Source: Candidatus Methanosuratincola verstraetei (GTDB lineage Archaea; Thermoproteota; Methanomethylicia; Methanomethylicales; Methanomethylicaceae). Taken from it: a DNA stretch of 64,000 nucleotides. This document shows positions 46,062-55,596 of the stretch, piece by piece. The translations under genes were made by a program, and so were the position numbers. The number at the start of each line of letters is the position of its first letter. Position 1 is the stretch's first letter. Location: the NCBI GenBank assembly GCA_049570475.1, contig CP186953.1, forward strand, positions 928,001 to 992,000. The letters are read 5' to 3'. Under the pieces are notes generated by a model, which did no database searches, was not told the origin of the DNA, and saw only the letters and a list, made by a program, of their open reading frames with translations.

Positions 46062-47533
46062 CTAGTACGGATCTCTTGCCGATAGCAGTCATCTTTGCAT
46101 ACGTCACATTGATCCTTGTTATCGCGGCTATTGGGGGTAGGAAGAACAAGGCTGTAGTGGATTTCCTTCTTTCCAACAGAAGCCTTGGGCCCGTACTGCT
46201 GGCTTTCTCCTACACAACGACTTATTTCAGCTCTGCCGCTTTCCTGGGGGGCGGAGGGATGGGCTTTCTCCTTGGGTTCCAGTGGAGCGCCTTTCTCTTC
46301 TTTTTCCATGTCCTCTTTGCGGTATTGGCATGGGCGATCATTGCACCTAAAATAAAGCAATTTGCCGATCTCTCCGGATCGATGACCGTATCAGAGTTCT
46401 TGGGCAGAAGGTACTCCTCGAGGGCTCTTCAGCTCGTCTCTGCTCTGGTGTTTATTTTTTTCATGGAGTTTTATTTGATATCGATATTCAAGGGCGCAGG
46501 CAACATTCTCCAGGTGCTTCTCGAGATTCCCTACTCCCAAGCCCTTCTGATAGTAGCGGTTCCTGCGCTCCTTTACGCGAGTATCGGGGGTTTCAGGGGG
46601 AATGTAGCGGTCAGCCTTCTCCAGGGCGTCTTGATGATTTCGTCGGCCCTTGTCCTGATTGGCGGGATCCTTCTTCGGACTGGCGGCTGGGATGCGGCTC
46701 TCTCGCTTTTGAATGAGGTCCGTCTCAGTGGGTGGGGGAATGGGATCTCTCTGCTCTCTTTCCCAGGACCGGCGCCTTCTGCAGTTTCCGCAGCGGGGGC
46801 CACAATCCCATACATACTCTCGCTTACATTTGCGATAAGTTTCGCTCAGATGACCAGCCCGCACATGGTCGTGCAGTTTTACAGCGCGCGGGGCGCCTCT
46901 GTCATCAGGTTGGGGAGGGCGATAGCCCCGATCCTGATCGCAGTCTTCGCCTTTGCCGTGTTCTTCTCCGGTCCCTTTGGGTGGGCAGTCATCTCTGACC
47001 CAGCCGTGCTCCGACAGTGTCTTTCTAACCCAGACCTTGTCGTACCCTCCATCGCAGTTTCAATATTCGGCACCGGGTTCGGGTCGTTCCTGCTAGTGTC
47101 AATACTCGCCGCCGCGATGTCCACTCTTGCACCCATATGCATAATGCTCTCCGGATCGTTGCTAAGGGATGTGGTATCCGCAGCAAGTCCGAAAGCAAGC
47201 GAACGCGTGCTCGCCCTCAGGCTGGCGACCATCCTGTTCGGGGTCGTTCCGCTTCTGCTCGCTCTCAATCCCCCTGACGTTATCGTCGGGATTGTAGGCG
47301 TGGCATTCTCAGCAATCTCCTCTGCCTTCTTTGCCCCGCTGATCGGGGGGCTGTACTTGAAAAGGATCTCGCGGCTAGGCGCAACAGCCTCCGTTATCTC
47401 GGCTGCATTGACATGCGTGATCTGGCAGCTATGCTTCTATTCCAACTCATTCGTGTACCCTATAATCCCGGGGATCTTGATCGGCACATTAGTGTATTTG
47501 GCTTTCATTGTGAAGGTGATTAGGAATGGATGA
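46058..47533 (+). CDS. Sodium:solute symporter family protein
   Basis: About 13 TM helices; F.L..RSLG, T..S...F.G, T..EFL..RY, GG and AAMST motifs. Confidence 0.93.
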   Translation: MTSTDLLPIAVIFAYVTLILVIAAIGGRKNKAVVDFLLSNRSLGPVLLAFSYTTTYFSSAAFLGGGGMGFLLGFQWSAFLFFFHVLFAVLAWAIIAPKIKQFADLSGSMTVSEFLGRRYSSRALQLVSALVFIFFMEFYLISIFKGAGNILQVLLEIPYSQALLIVAVPALLYASIGGFRGNVAVSLLQGVLMISSALVLIGGILLRTGGWDAALSLLNEVRLSGWGNGISLLSFPGPAPSAVSAAGATIPYILSLTFAISFAQMTSPHMVVQFYSARGASVIRLGRAIAPILIAVFAFAVFFSGPFGWAVISDPAVLRQCLSNPDLVVPSIAVSIFGTGFGSFLLVSILAAAMSTLAPICIMLSGSLLRDVVSAASPKASERVLALRLATILFGVVPLLLALNPPDVIVGIVGVAFSAISSAFFAPLIGGLYLKRISRLGATASVISAALTCVIWQLCFYSNSFVYPIIPGILIGTLVYLAFIVKVIRNG

Positions 47534-48830
47534 AATGTGGAACCGTCGCTTGGAGTCGCTTGACAGAGAATCCATCAAAAAGATCCAGCTGGAGAGGCTG
47601 AAGCTGACAGTTAGGCGTCTGTACGAAAATGTTCCCTTCTACCGCTCTGCATTCAAGAGTAGGGGGGTGTCCCCAGATGATATAAGATCTCTTGACGATC
47701 TGAAGAGGCTCCCCATGGTCTCGAAGCATGATCTGCGGGAGAACTACCCTTTTGGCCTCCTCGCAGTGCCTAGGGAGGAATGCGTCAGGGTACACGCCTC
47801 TTCAGGGACGACAGGAAAGCCAACCCTCGTGCTATACACCCGCGAGGACTTGCAGAACTGGACTGAGATTATGTGCAGGTGCCTTTACATGAGCGGTCTG
47901 AGGCGAGGTGATGTATTCCAGGTTACGCCCGGTTATGGGCTATTTACGGGAGGCCTCGGTTTCCATTATGGGGGAGAGGCGATAGGGGCGACTGTCGTCC
48001 CAACAGGTACAGGGAACACCGAGAGGCAGATAAACCTCATGCGGGACCTCGGCACAACGATGATCGCCGGAATCGCGAGCTACGCCCTCCACATCGCAGA
48101 GGTCGCGTCAGAGATGGGGGTCGATGTAAAGAAGGATCTTCAGGTCAGGAAAGGGATATTCGGCGCCGAGGCCTGGAGCGACTCGATGATGAAGAAGATC
48201 TCGGATGTCTGGGACATGGACTGCCACGACATATACGGGATGTCCGAGATGTACGGCCCAGGGGTGGGGTGCAACTGCTCTCACGGCGAGGGGCTGCACA
48301 TATGGGAAGATCACTTCATCGTCGAGATCATAGATCCCTCCACCGGAGAGCCTCTGGGCCCAGAGGAGGAGGGGGAAGTTGTCCTGACCTCGCTGACCAA
48401 GACCGCAATGCCAATGCTGAGGTTTAGGACCCGGGACATGTCCAAGCTGTTGGATACAAACGGGTGCGAATGCGGGAGGACCCACCAGCGGATAGCGCGC
48501 ATCAAAGGGAGGTGCGATGACGCGTTCTCGATCAACGGGGTGAAGGTATTCCCGGGCCAGGTCGAATACGTCTTGATGAAATACCCCGAGGTGGGGATGA
48601 ACTACCAGCTCGTCGTAGAGAAGGCAGGCGCGCTAGATCAGCTGACAGTCCTTGTTGAGGCAAACTGCAAAAGCCCGCAAGACGATTCCGCAAAGTCGCT
48701 GGAAAAGGTGCTATTCAGGGATCTCAGAACGATCTTGGGCTTCCAGCCCACGGTGAGGGTCCTGCCGCCTATGTCGATCGAAAGGCGAGATGGCAAGGCC
48801 AGGCGTGTCTTGGACCTGAGGATGAAGTGA
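47526..48830 (+). CDS. paaK: Phenylacetate--CoA ligase family
   Basis: YPFG, HASSGTTGKP, GLFTGGLG.HYG, YGMSE, RT.D and GR.DD motifs. Confidence 0.93.
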   Translation: MDEMWNRRLESLDRESIKKIQLERLKLTVRRLYENVPFYRSAFKSRGVSPDDIRSLDDLKRLPMVSKHDLRENYPFGLLAVPREECVRVHASSGTTGKPTLVLYTREDLQNWTEIMCRCLYMSGLRRGDVFQVTPGYGLFTGGLGFHYGGEAIGATVVPTGTGNTERQINLMRDLGTTMIAGIASYALHIAEVASEMGVDVKKDLQVRKGIFGAEAWSDSMMKKISDVWDMDCHDIYGMSEMYGPGVGCNCSHGEGLHIWEDHFIVEIIDPSTGEPLGPEEEGEVVLTSLTKTAMPMLRFRTRDMSKLLDTNGCECGRTHQRIARIKGRCDDAFSINGVKVFPGQVEYVLMKYPEVGMNYQLVVEKAGALDQLTVLVEANCKSPQDDSAKSLEKVLFRDLRTILGFQPTVRVLPPMSIERRDGKARRVLDLRMK

Positions 48831-48853
48831 TCAGGCGCCCTGGTTTCTTAGTT

Positions 48854-49374
48854 TTAAACCCCTTTCGTGAGAGCTGCACTAGAGGCAAATACACTCCACC
48901 TCTGCTGCAGACCCTCTAGCGCATACCCACTCCAGCCGACCTCCTTCCGCAACGGCCCGCCGAGGAAAAAGATATAGGCGAATGCGAAGGGAATCATCAA
49001 AAGGTTTGAGGGTGCCGCAAGCTCCGGCGTAGGGTCCCCTGTAATCACCGCCATCAGCAGCACACCACCAATGATCGCAGGCGCAATGATGAATGCTGGA
49101 ATATACCAGAGCCCTATCCTGTATCTCGAAATCTTCCTTAGAAGTGACGCAACCCTCTCCTTCCCACCTTCCACATATGTCAAAACTGAGGCAGCAACCA
49201 AAGGTCCGAATGTAGCCTGGTTGTAGGGGCTGAAGAGGGAATCGTTCAACCAGGTTACCACCTCAAATATTCCTGTCGAGATTAGCGCTTGGGAGATCCA
49301 AAACAACCAGGAAAACGCGAAAGCATCAGGAAATAGATTGTTAGGTTCCGCCGACTTATCGAATAACTTTGCAA
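48854..49374 (-). pseudogene. Decayed CPBP (CAAX protease/Abi) intramembrane protease
   Basis: 1-nt frameshift near 49325 (RRNLTIYFL/AFAFSWLFW); EExxxR motif reads KEVGWS; ORF ends before the His motifs. Confidence 0.75.
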
Positions 49375-49521
49375 AGCAACCAGCTCAAAAATACTTTCCT
49401 TTGATTTTGATTTAAAATTTTCCTTCGCTCAGGAAAGCAGCAACACTCGAGGAAGGAGAGATCGAAAGCATGAATGAAAAATTGCAGAGGCATCCGATTA
49501 TTATGGACTCAGATGTTATGT

Positions 49522-49642
49522 TGGTGCGGGGAGTGGGATTCGAACCCACGAAGGCCTTCGCCATAGGAGCTTCCTGGGCGATCGGGACGGACCCGCCCCG
49601 CCACTCAGTCCTACCCCTTTGACCTGGCTTGGGAATCCCCGC
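49522..49642 (-). tRNA. tRNA-Leu(GAG) with 33-nt intron (49571-49603), CCA encoded
   Basis: Cloverleaf with long variable arm; 3' half identical to the tRNA-Leu(TAG) at 63751; 88 nt after intron removal. Confidence 0.92.
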
Positions 49643-49775
49643 TCGTCAAGATTAAGGCGCAAACACTTTTTTAACCTTATCGGAACTGCCTGTGCGAACC
49701 ACACCTTGGAGGGGTGCCCCTTCCAATTCTAAATTTAAATACCTCTTCGCCCCCCTTATGAAGCGTGCCGTTGTG

Positions 49776-50459
49776 ATGAAAGAAGAAGATCTCATCAATC
49801 TCGCCGAGAAGATAGGCGACCAATCGCTGAGGGACAAGGTAATCGAGATGATAAGGAATCCCCGGCTTTCCTTCCTGGAGATGCCAAACTCGACCACTTT
49901 CTCGAAGTCCCCTGCGAGCAAGCGGCGGCACCACTCATACGAGAGCGGGCTACTGGTCCATACCTATTCTACGACAAAGGTAGCGATCGCATTGGCGGAC
50001 ATTGTGGAAGAGGTCTACGGCGTTAAAGTCAACAGGGATGTAGTGATAGCCGCAAGCTTGCTACACGATCTGTTCAAATTCGCCACTTATAGCCAAACTT
50101 ATCCCGGCAAGTACAACCGATCAAAACTTGGGGAGATGATCGATCACCTCTCGCTAATCACTGGGGAGCTCTATGCCCGGCGCTTCCCAATAGAGGTGAT
50201 CCACGCAGTGGCGTCCCACCATGGCGATGCAAGCCCAATAGAGCCTAGGACAATCGAGGCTCTCATACTGCACATTGCGGACAACGCGGACGCTGAGATG
50301 AACGACAAAGTGTTCTGGGCTGCGAAGGACATTATAAGGGAATGCCTAGGGCTGGACGTCCAAACGCTCCCGAAGGAGGTCTCTCCTTTCAAGGTAGTCC
50401 TGGCGAAGAAGGAAGGGGGCTGCGAAGAGGTGCGCAGGAGGTTCTCAAGCCTGCTTTGA
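49776..50459 (+). CDS. HD-domain protein (YhaM-like, no OB fold)
   Basis: PAS...HH.Y..GL..H, LLHD, DH, SHHG and P.T.EA..LH.AD motifs. Confidence 0.88.
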   Translation: MKEEDLINLAEKIGDQSLRDKVIEMIRNPRLSFLEMPNSTTFSKSPASKRRHHSYESGLLVHTYSTTKVAIALADIVEEVYGVKVNRDVVIAASLLHDLFKFATYSQTYPGKYNRSKLGEMIDHLSLITGELYARRFPIEVIHAVASHHGDASPIEPRTIEALILHIADNADAEMNDKVFWAAKDIIRECLGLDVQTLPKEVSPFKVVLAKKEGGCEEVRRRFSSLL

Positions 50460-50469
50460 GGTGTACACA

Positions 50470-52092
50470 ATGGTTGGCGGCCACTGGATAAGAGGGATCG
50501 TAGACGAGATAATCAGGAGGGGCGACGAGAGGATAGTGATCCATACGGGCAAGACTCCCTCTGGCCCAATACATATCGGGGCAGAGCGTGAGCAGTTCAT
50601 CTGCAGTGCCATCCAGCGAGAGCTGGAGAGGCGGGGGGTCGAATCCACATTCAATTTCATAATTGACTCGTACGATCCAATCAAGTCGATACCTGCAGGA
50701 TTAGCGGTCCCGAAGGGCTTCGAGGAGGAGCTCGGGAAGCCTTTGTCCTCCGTCCCTGATCCGTTCGGCTGCCACAGCAGTTATGCCCACCACTTCGCAG
50801 ACGAGTTCATAAAGTGCCAGCCCGAGTTTGGCCTCTCGCCGAACATCGTCTATTCCCACGAGCTCTATAAGAAGCCTGAGATGAAGGATGCTATTAGGAC
50901 CGTTCTGATGAAGCTTGATAAGCTCAAGGCAATCAGGAGGAAGTACTTGCATCTCCCGGAGGAGGACGGGACCGCGGATGACTGGAACCCCGTGATGGCT
51001 GTCTGCGAGAAGTGTGGCAGGATCGCATTCATGAAGAAAGAGGTGATCCCGAACAAGATCGACTCTTGGGACCTCGAGAAGGATGCGCTCACCTACACCT
51101 GCTCTGCCTGCGGGCACAAGGGTCAGGGGAAGATTAGGGACCTCTCACTCAAGCTCAGCTGGCGTGTGGACTGGTCAGCGAAATGGGCAGTATTCAGGGT
51201 GTCATGCGAGCCCGCCGGCAAGGATCACTGCGTCAAGGATGGCGCATACGACATGGGGCTTGAGGTCTGCCAAGAGATCTTCGGATACCGTGGCCCTCTG
51301 CGCGTCTCCTACGAATGGCTCACCCTCGGCGAGCACGCGATGAAGACACACAAGGGGATAACTTTCACTCCTCTTGAGTGGCTCAAGATAGCGCCCCCGG
51401 AGGCCCTTAGGCACCTGATACTTGGCGCCGACCCGATGCGCCACATATCCTTCCTCCCGGAGCGCATCCCCGATATCGTCGACAACTTCGACCGGCTCGA
51501 GCGCATCTACTACGGGATCGAGGCGCCACCCCCCGGCGAGGATCACGAGTACCTGAGGGACTTGTACGCTCTCTGCGTCAGGGAAAAGCCTCGCGAGTCC
51601 GCGCCCGCAAGGCTGCCATACCGTTTCGCAGCAACGATCGTCCAGCTTGAACCTATATTGGGGAGCGACAAGGTCATCGCAAAGTCTGTCGATTACGCCG
51701 CCCGCCTGCACAGGAAGCCTGCGCTCTCTGAGCACGAGGTCTCCGATGCGAAACGGCGCCTTTCTATGGCATCTAACTGGATTAGCCTTTATGCGCCGCC
51801 GCAGGCAAAATTCAGGATCTCGACGGGGGCGTTGGCTTTCCAGATCTCCGACGAAGCAGAGCGTAAATTCATAGACTCCGTGGCTGGCTTGCTGGAGCGG
51901 GACCTCCCAGAGTCCGATCTCCAGAACGGGATATTCGAGGCTGCAAGATCTCTCGGCATGGAGACTGGAAAGGCATTCGCCTTGCTCTACAGGATATTGA
52001 TAGGCTCAGAGAGGGGTCCGCGATTGGCCCCGCTACTCCTAGCACTGGACAGGGACTGGGTCGTGAAGCGGCTAAGGTCCACGATCCAATAG
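50470..52092 (+). CDS. lysS: Class I lysine--tRNA ligase
   Basis: HW, TPSGPIHIG, D..D, PDP.GC, KL.WRVDW, E..GKDH and GPRL motifs. Confidence 0.96.
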   Translation: MVGGHWIRGIVDEIIRRGDERIVIHTGKTPSGPIHIGAEREQFICSAIQRELERRGVESTFNFIIDSYDPIKSIPAGLAVPKGFEEELGKPLSSVPDPFGCHSSYAHHFADEFIKCQPEFGLSPNIVYSHELYKKPEMKDAIRTVLMKLDKLKAIRRKYLHLPEEDGTADDWNPVMAVCEKCGRIAFMKKEVIPNKIDSWDLEKDALTYTCSACGHKGQGKIRDLSLKLSWRVDWSAKWAVFRVSCEPAGKDHCVKDGAYDMGLEVCQEIFGYRGPLRVSYEWLTLGEHAMKTHKGITFTPLEWLKIAPPEALRHLILGADPMRHISFLPERIPDIVDNFDRLERIYYGIEAPPPGEDHEYLRDLYALCVREKPRESAPARLPYRFAATIVQLEPILGSDKVIAKSVDYAARLHRKPALSEHEVSDAKRRLSMASNWISLYAPPQAKFRISTGALAFQISDEAERKFIDSVAGLLERDLPESDLQNGIFEAARSLGMETGKAFALLYRILIGSERGPRLAPLLLALDRDWVVKRLRSTIQ

Positions 52093-52314
52093 TGCCAAAA
52101 TTTCGCTAGCAGCCCATCTGACCAAAAATTCAGCTATTAAAACACGCCTGTGCACAGCTCGGTTTGTGGCACAAAATCCTGTGATTCGCCCCGAAAATCA
52201 TGCCGAATACGCAATGCCGACCTCTTCTGATATCGACAGTAAGGTTTTTCAGTACTGATTTAAAAACCAAAAATGTTAAAAATATTTGGTTTTAAAGAAA
52301 CGTGATGGACATTT

Positions 52315-52521
52315 ATGCAATTGCTAGACGAAATATTGAAGCTGCTGAGCGACGGAAAAGAGCGCAAACCAACTGACATATCCAAAGATTTGAAAGTAGA
52401 TATCGCTTTAGTTAACGAGGCGCTCGCCTTCCTCGCGGAGTATAATTTCGTGCGTAGGGGGCACAACGGCTCATACATGCTGGATGATGAAGTAAAGCGC
52501 GTATTAGAGATTTACTCTTAG
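52315..52521 (+). CDS. Small winged-helix protein
   Basis: DEIL.LL.DG......I...L.......L.FLAEY.F pattern. Confidence 0.65.
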   Translation: MQLLDEILKLLSDGKERKPTDISKDLKVDIALVNEALAFLAEYNFVRRGHNGSYMLDDEVKRVLEIYS

Positions 52522-52782
52522 GGCACCGAAGCGCCTTCTGTATAGATCGAATTCTGTATAATTCCTCAAAAATTCCGAGCCCTTGTCTGTTATCTTGTAG
52601 ATTGGCTCGCCTTGTGTGAAGTCTATCTTCAAGAGCCCTTTGTGAAGAAGCAGCTTTATTGCCGCTTTTCTTTTCCTCAGATCTTTTGCCGAAGCCTTTT
52701 CCATATCGCTCTGGTCGATACCGTACATCGCACGCTCCAACAGCTGGCATATATCCTTAAAAAAAGGCTTCGACAGAGACAA
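52504..52782 (-). CDS. Small winged-helix protein
   Basis: L...GLL.......Y.IT.KG.EFL..Y wing motif. Confidence 0.7.
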   Translation of the reverse strand: MSLSKPFFKDICQLLERAMYGIDQSDMEKASAKDLRKRKAAIKLLLHKGLLKIDFTQGEPIYKITDKGSEFLRNYTEFDLYRRRFGALRVNL

Positions 52783-52956
52783 ATGCCTTACCCCAAATTC
52801 AAAGTATTCTGATTTTTATTTACCAGGGATGACATATAAACATTTATTTGAAAAATTGTTTTTCTGTTAAAATAAAAAACAATTTTATTTATCCCCCACA
52901 ACAGAACCCTCTAAAGCTGATGGTCTAGTCCGCAGAGTCTTTTCGAGCATAAGGAT

Positions 52957-53065
52957 TGGCGCCGGGGAAGGGATTCGAACCCTTGCTCCCCCGAGAGGGA
53001 ACCGGCTTGCCTGTCCCATTGATAAGATCTCGAGGCCGGCGCCTTAACCGCTCAGCCACCCCGGC
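52957..53065 (-). tRNA. tRNA-Ser(CGA) with 21-nt intron at 37/38 (53008-53028)
   Basis: Cloverleaf with long variable arm, GCCA end and relaxed BHB. Confidence 0.92.
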
Positions 53066-53138
53066 TCACTCTTCGATACGCAAAGTTATTTCTAAATCTT
53101 TCTCTTCTCCTTCTTTTTTTTGCCTTTGTCTCATTCGT

Positions 53139-54047
53139 TCAGACTGGCATGAAAGTCGGCTTCTCGTCCGTAGCCACTAATCCCCACTTCCTGATCTTCT
53201 CAACCAGATCCTTTGGCAGGGCAAATAGTGCTTGGTACGTCTTTTCATCGAGGTACCTGAGGCCCTTCACCCCTTTTCCCGCCGCCGCTCCTTCGAATTT
53301 ACCGATCAGCCCACAGGGATCTGGTCCTTTCGACCCGTAGACGATCCCCCAAGTTGAATCATAAGAAGGAACCCAAACATGGTACCCGCCCGTCAACTGG
53401 AATGCGCTTCCAACGGTCTTTAGAATCGTCGCGAAGCAGTAGTCGCTGTAGTAAGTGGAAGTTGCCTGAGTGACCATTATGCCATCCTCTTTCAATATCC
53501 CCGATAGGAGCGAATAGAATTCCTTCGTGTATAGCCTCGCCCCTGGTCCGCCCTCAAGCGGGTCGGTCAAATCGACTATTGCTACGTCGAAAATGTCCTT
53601 GCACCCCTCAATGTACCTCCTGCCGTCACCGAAAACCAGTTCTGCCCTCGGGTCCTCAAAGGCTCCGCCCGAGAGCTCTGGCATGTGCTCCTTGGAAACC
53701 TCTACAACCCTCCTGTCGATGTCTACCATCACCGCCCTCTCGACCGAGGGATGCCTCAGCACCTCCCGGAGCGTACCTCCCTCGCCTCCGCCCAGGATGA
53801 GCACCTCTTTCGGCGAGGCATGGGCAACCATAGCCGGGTGTACAAGAGACTCGTGGTAGATGTATTCATCTCTTACAGTCGACTGGACCTTACCGTCGAG
53901 TATAAGCATCCTCCCATAGTCCTCGCTCTCGACGACATCTATCTCCTGGAACTCGCTCCTCTCGCTGTGGAGTGTCCGCCTAATCCCGTGCATGTGCGCG
54001 CTTCCATGGGTCTGGTACTCGATGAACCATTTCCAGGCGAGGCTCAC
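53139..54047 (-). CDS. speE: Polyamine aminopropyltransferase
   Basis: LDG..Q....DE..YHE..VHP, GGGEG, DID and D.TDP motifs. Confidence 0.95.
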   Translation of the reverse strand: MSLAWKWFIEYQTHGSAHMHGIRRTLHSERSEFQEIDVVESEDYGRMLILDGKVQSTVRDEYIYHESLVHPAMVAHASPKEVLILGGGEGGTLREVLRHPSVERAVMVDIDRRVVEVSKEHMPELSGGAFEDPRAELVFGDGRRYIEGCKDIFDVAIVDLTDPLEGGPGARLYTKEFYSLLSGILKEDGIMVTQATSTYYSDYCFATILKTVGSAFQLTGGYHVWVPSYDSTWGIVYGSKGPDPCGLIGKFEGAAAGKGVKGLRYLDEKTYQALFALPKDLVEKIRKWGLVATDEKPTFMPV

Positions 54048-54412
54048 TTTGCAGTCTCCCCCACACAGATCACTCCGCGCTTCATCTCGACCACCGAGTT
54101 AGAGGCAGGCTTGAGCAATCCAGCGATCCTGCTGAAGACCTTCATTGGATCCGTGTTCTTACTGCATGTGAAGACGTCAAGAGCGGCGTACCCAAGCTCA
54201 GGCCAAGTATGTATCGAGATGTGGGACTCGGCAACCACTAGGACGCCTGTCACACCCTGGGGGGAGAATTGGTGGAATACTCTGCCCAATATTGTCAGTC
54301 CGGACTCGATCGCCCCTCTCTCCATTGCCTCCTCGATGCCCCTGATATCGTCAAGCGCTTTTGGGTCACAACCGAACAACTCAAAAATGAAGTGCCTACC
54401 GAGTTCCTTCAT
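54044..54412 (-). CDS. speD: Pyruvoyl-dependent S-adenosylmethionine decarboxylase (arginine decarboxylase paralogue not excluded)
   Basis: G.H, F.P.GVT, ESHISIHTWPE and DVFTC motifs; coupled to speE. Confidence 0.9.
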   Translation of the reverse strand: MKELGRHFIFELFGCDPKALDDIRGIEEAMERGAIESGLTILGRVFHQFSPQGVTGVLVVAESHISIHTWPELGYAALDVFTCSKNTDPMKVFSRIAGLLKPASNSVVEMKRGVICVGETAK

Positions 54413-54465
54413 CCCGATCACCGGATAGAAGGATCGGTCACCCTTCTCTTAAATTTCTTTTTCGT

Positions 54466-55446
54466 TCATTCGGCAGGCGCCCCGCTCACCAGCTCCGCAA
54501 GGTCGATCCCGTGTGCGCCGATCTGGTAGAAGTATATGGCTATCGAATCCAGCAGCGCCGCTATCCTAGGCTGCTTTGTCATGAGTAGCTCATTTACTGA
54601 GAGCAGCGACTGCGAGAGCGCCTTGCCCTCCTCAAGTACCGAGTCCGCAAGCGCGAGATCTTTTTTGAAAAGGGCGCTCGCAGCCTTCTCATGTATCTTG
54701 TACGCTTGCTTGCTTAGCGAGACTAGCGCGCTCACCAGATCGCTGTCAACTCCTCCGCCCAACTTTGGGACTGATGAGGCAACTGCGCCTGCGTAATCCG
54801 CAATCGTCTCCACGTATTTGGCGGCCATCCTCATGTCCAGGCACTCTGCAGGCCTGATGCCGAGCTTCTCAGCAACAGCCGGGCTCCTGATGGCGAGCCT
54901 GAGCTGCCTAACTATCAGGAAATAAAGCCTGTCGACCTCGTCGTCCCTCCTCACAACAGAGGATGCCAGCTCTGAGTCTTGGCTCGATAGCGCCTCCTCG
55001 GCGTCTCTGTGCATGCTTGCCGCGAGCGAATATGCCCTCCTGATCGTACTTAGGACTGGCATCGATGTCGGCTGCAGCAGGCACTGGATGGTGACCGTGT
55101 CCCTGTCTTCCTCAACAATCTCGAGCCCAATGAGCTTCTGGATCGCTCCCTTGATCTCCTCCCTGACAGCAGGGGTGAGCCTCTTTCCCAGCTCTACCAC
55201 GATTGTGTCCGCACCGAAAAGGTAATTGGATCTGATCTGCCTCTCCAACCCCTCAGCCTGCCTGATATATGCAACCACTCCCTTCTCCAGCTCGCCCGTC
55301 GCATCGGAACTTATCCTTAACTCACCTTCCGAGACCGTGAGCTTCAGGATAGATCCGCCATGAAGACCGTTTGACTTGACCCAGTCCTTCGGAAGAGAGA
55401 TGAGAAAGGAGCCCCCCTTGCTCATCTGCAGCCTTCTGTACTCCAC
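54466..55446 (-). CDS. AbrB-PhoU phosphate uptake regulator
   Basis: RRLQ..GGS..ISLPK.W N-terminus; DDEVDRLY and E.IADY PhoU repeats. Confidence 0.9.
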   Translation of the reverse strand: MEYRRLQMSKGGSFLISLPKDWVKSNGLHGGSILKLTVSEGELRISSDATGELEKGVVAYIRQAEGLERQIRSNYLFGADTIVVELGKRLTPAVREEIKGAIQKLIGLEIVEEDRDTVTIQCLLQPTSMPVLSTIRRAYSLAASMHRDAEEALSSQDSELASSVVRRDDEVDRLYFLIVRQLRLAIRSPAVAEKLGIRPAECLDMRMAAKYVETIADYAGAVASSVPKLGGGVDSDLVSALVSLSKQAYKIHEKAASALFKKDLALADSVLEEGKALSQSLLSVNELLMTKQPRIAALLDSIAIYFYQIGAHGIDLAELVSGAPAE

Positions 55447-55596
55447 ATTCTTCCCTCACAATCAACTCGAGCCCCAATCAATAAAACCTTTTCAACTTTC
55501 AATCGCTCGGCAGTCGGTTCGGCCCATTCCAATCACGAATAAAAATTAAGAGATGGGGCGCATACATCCGATTGGGGGGTTTGTTTGGCTGGGAAT

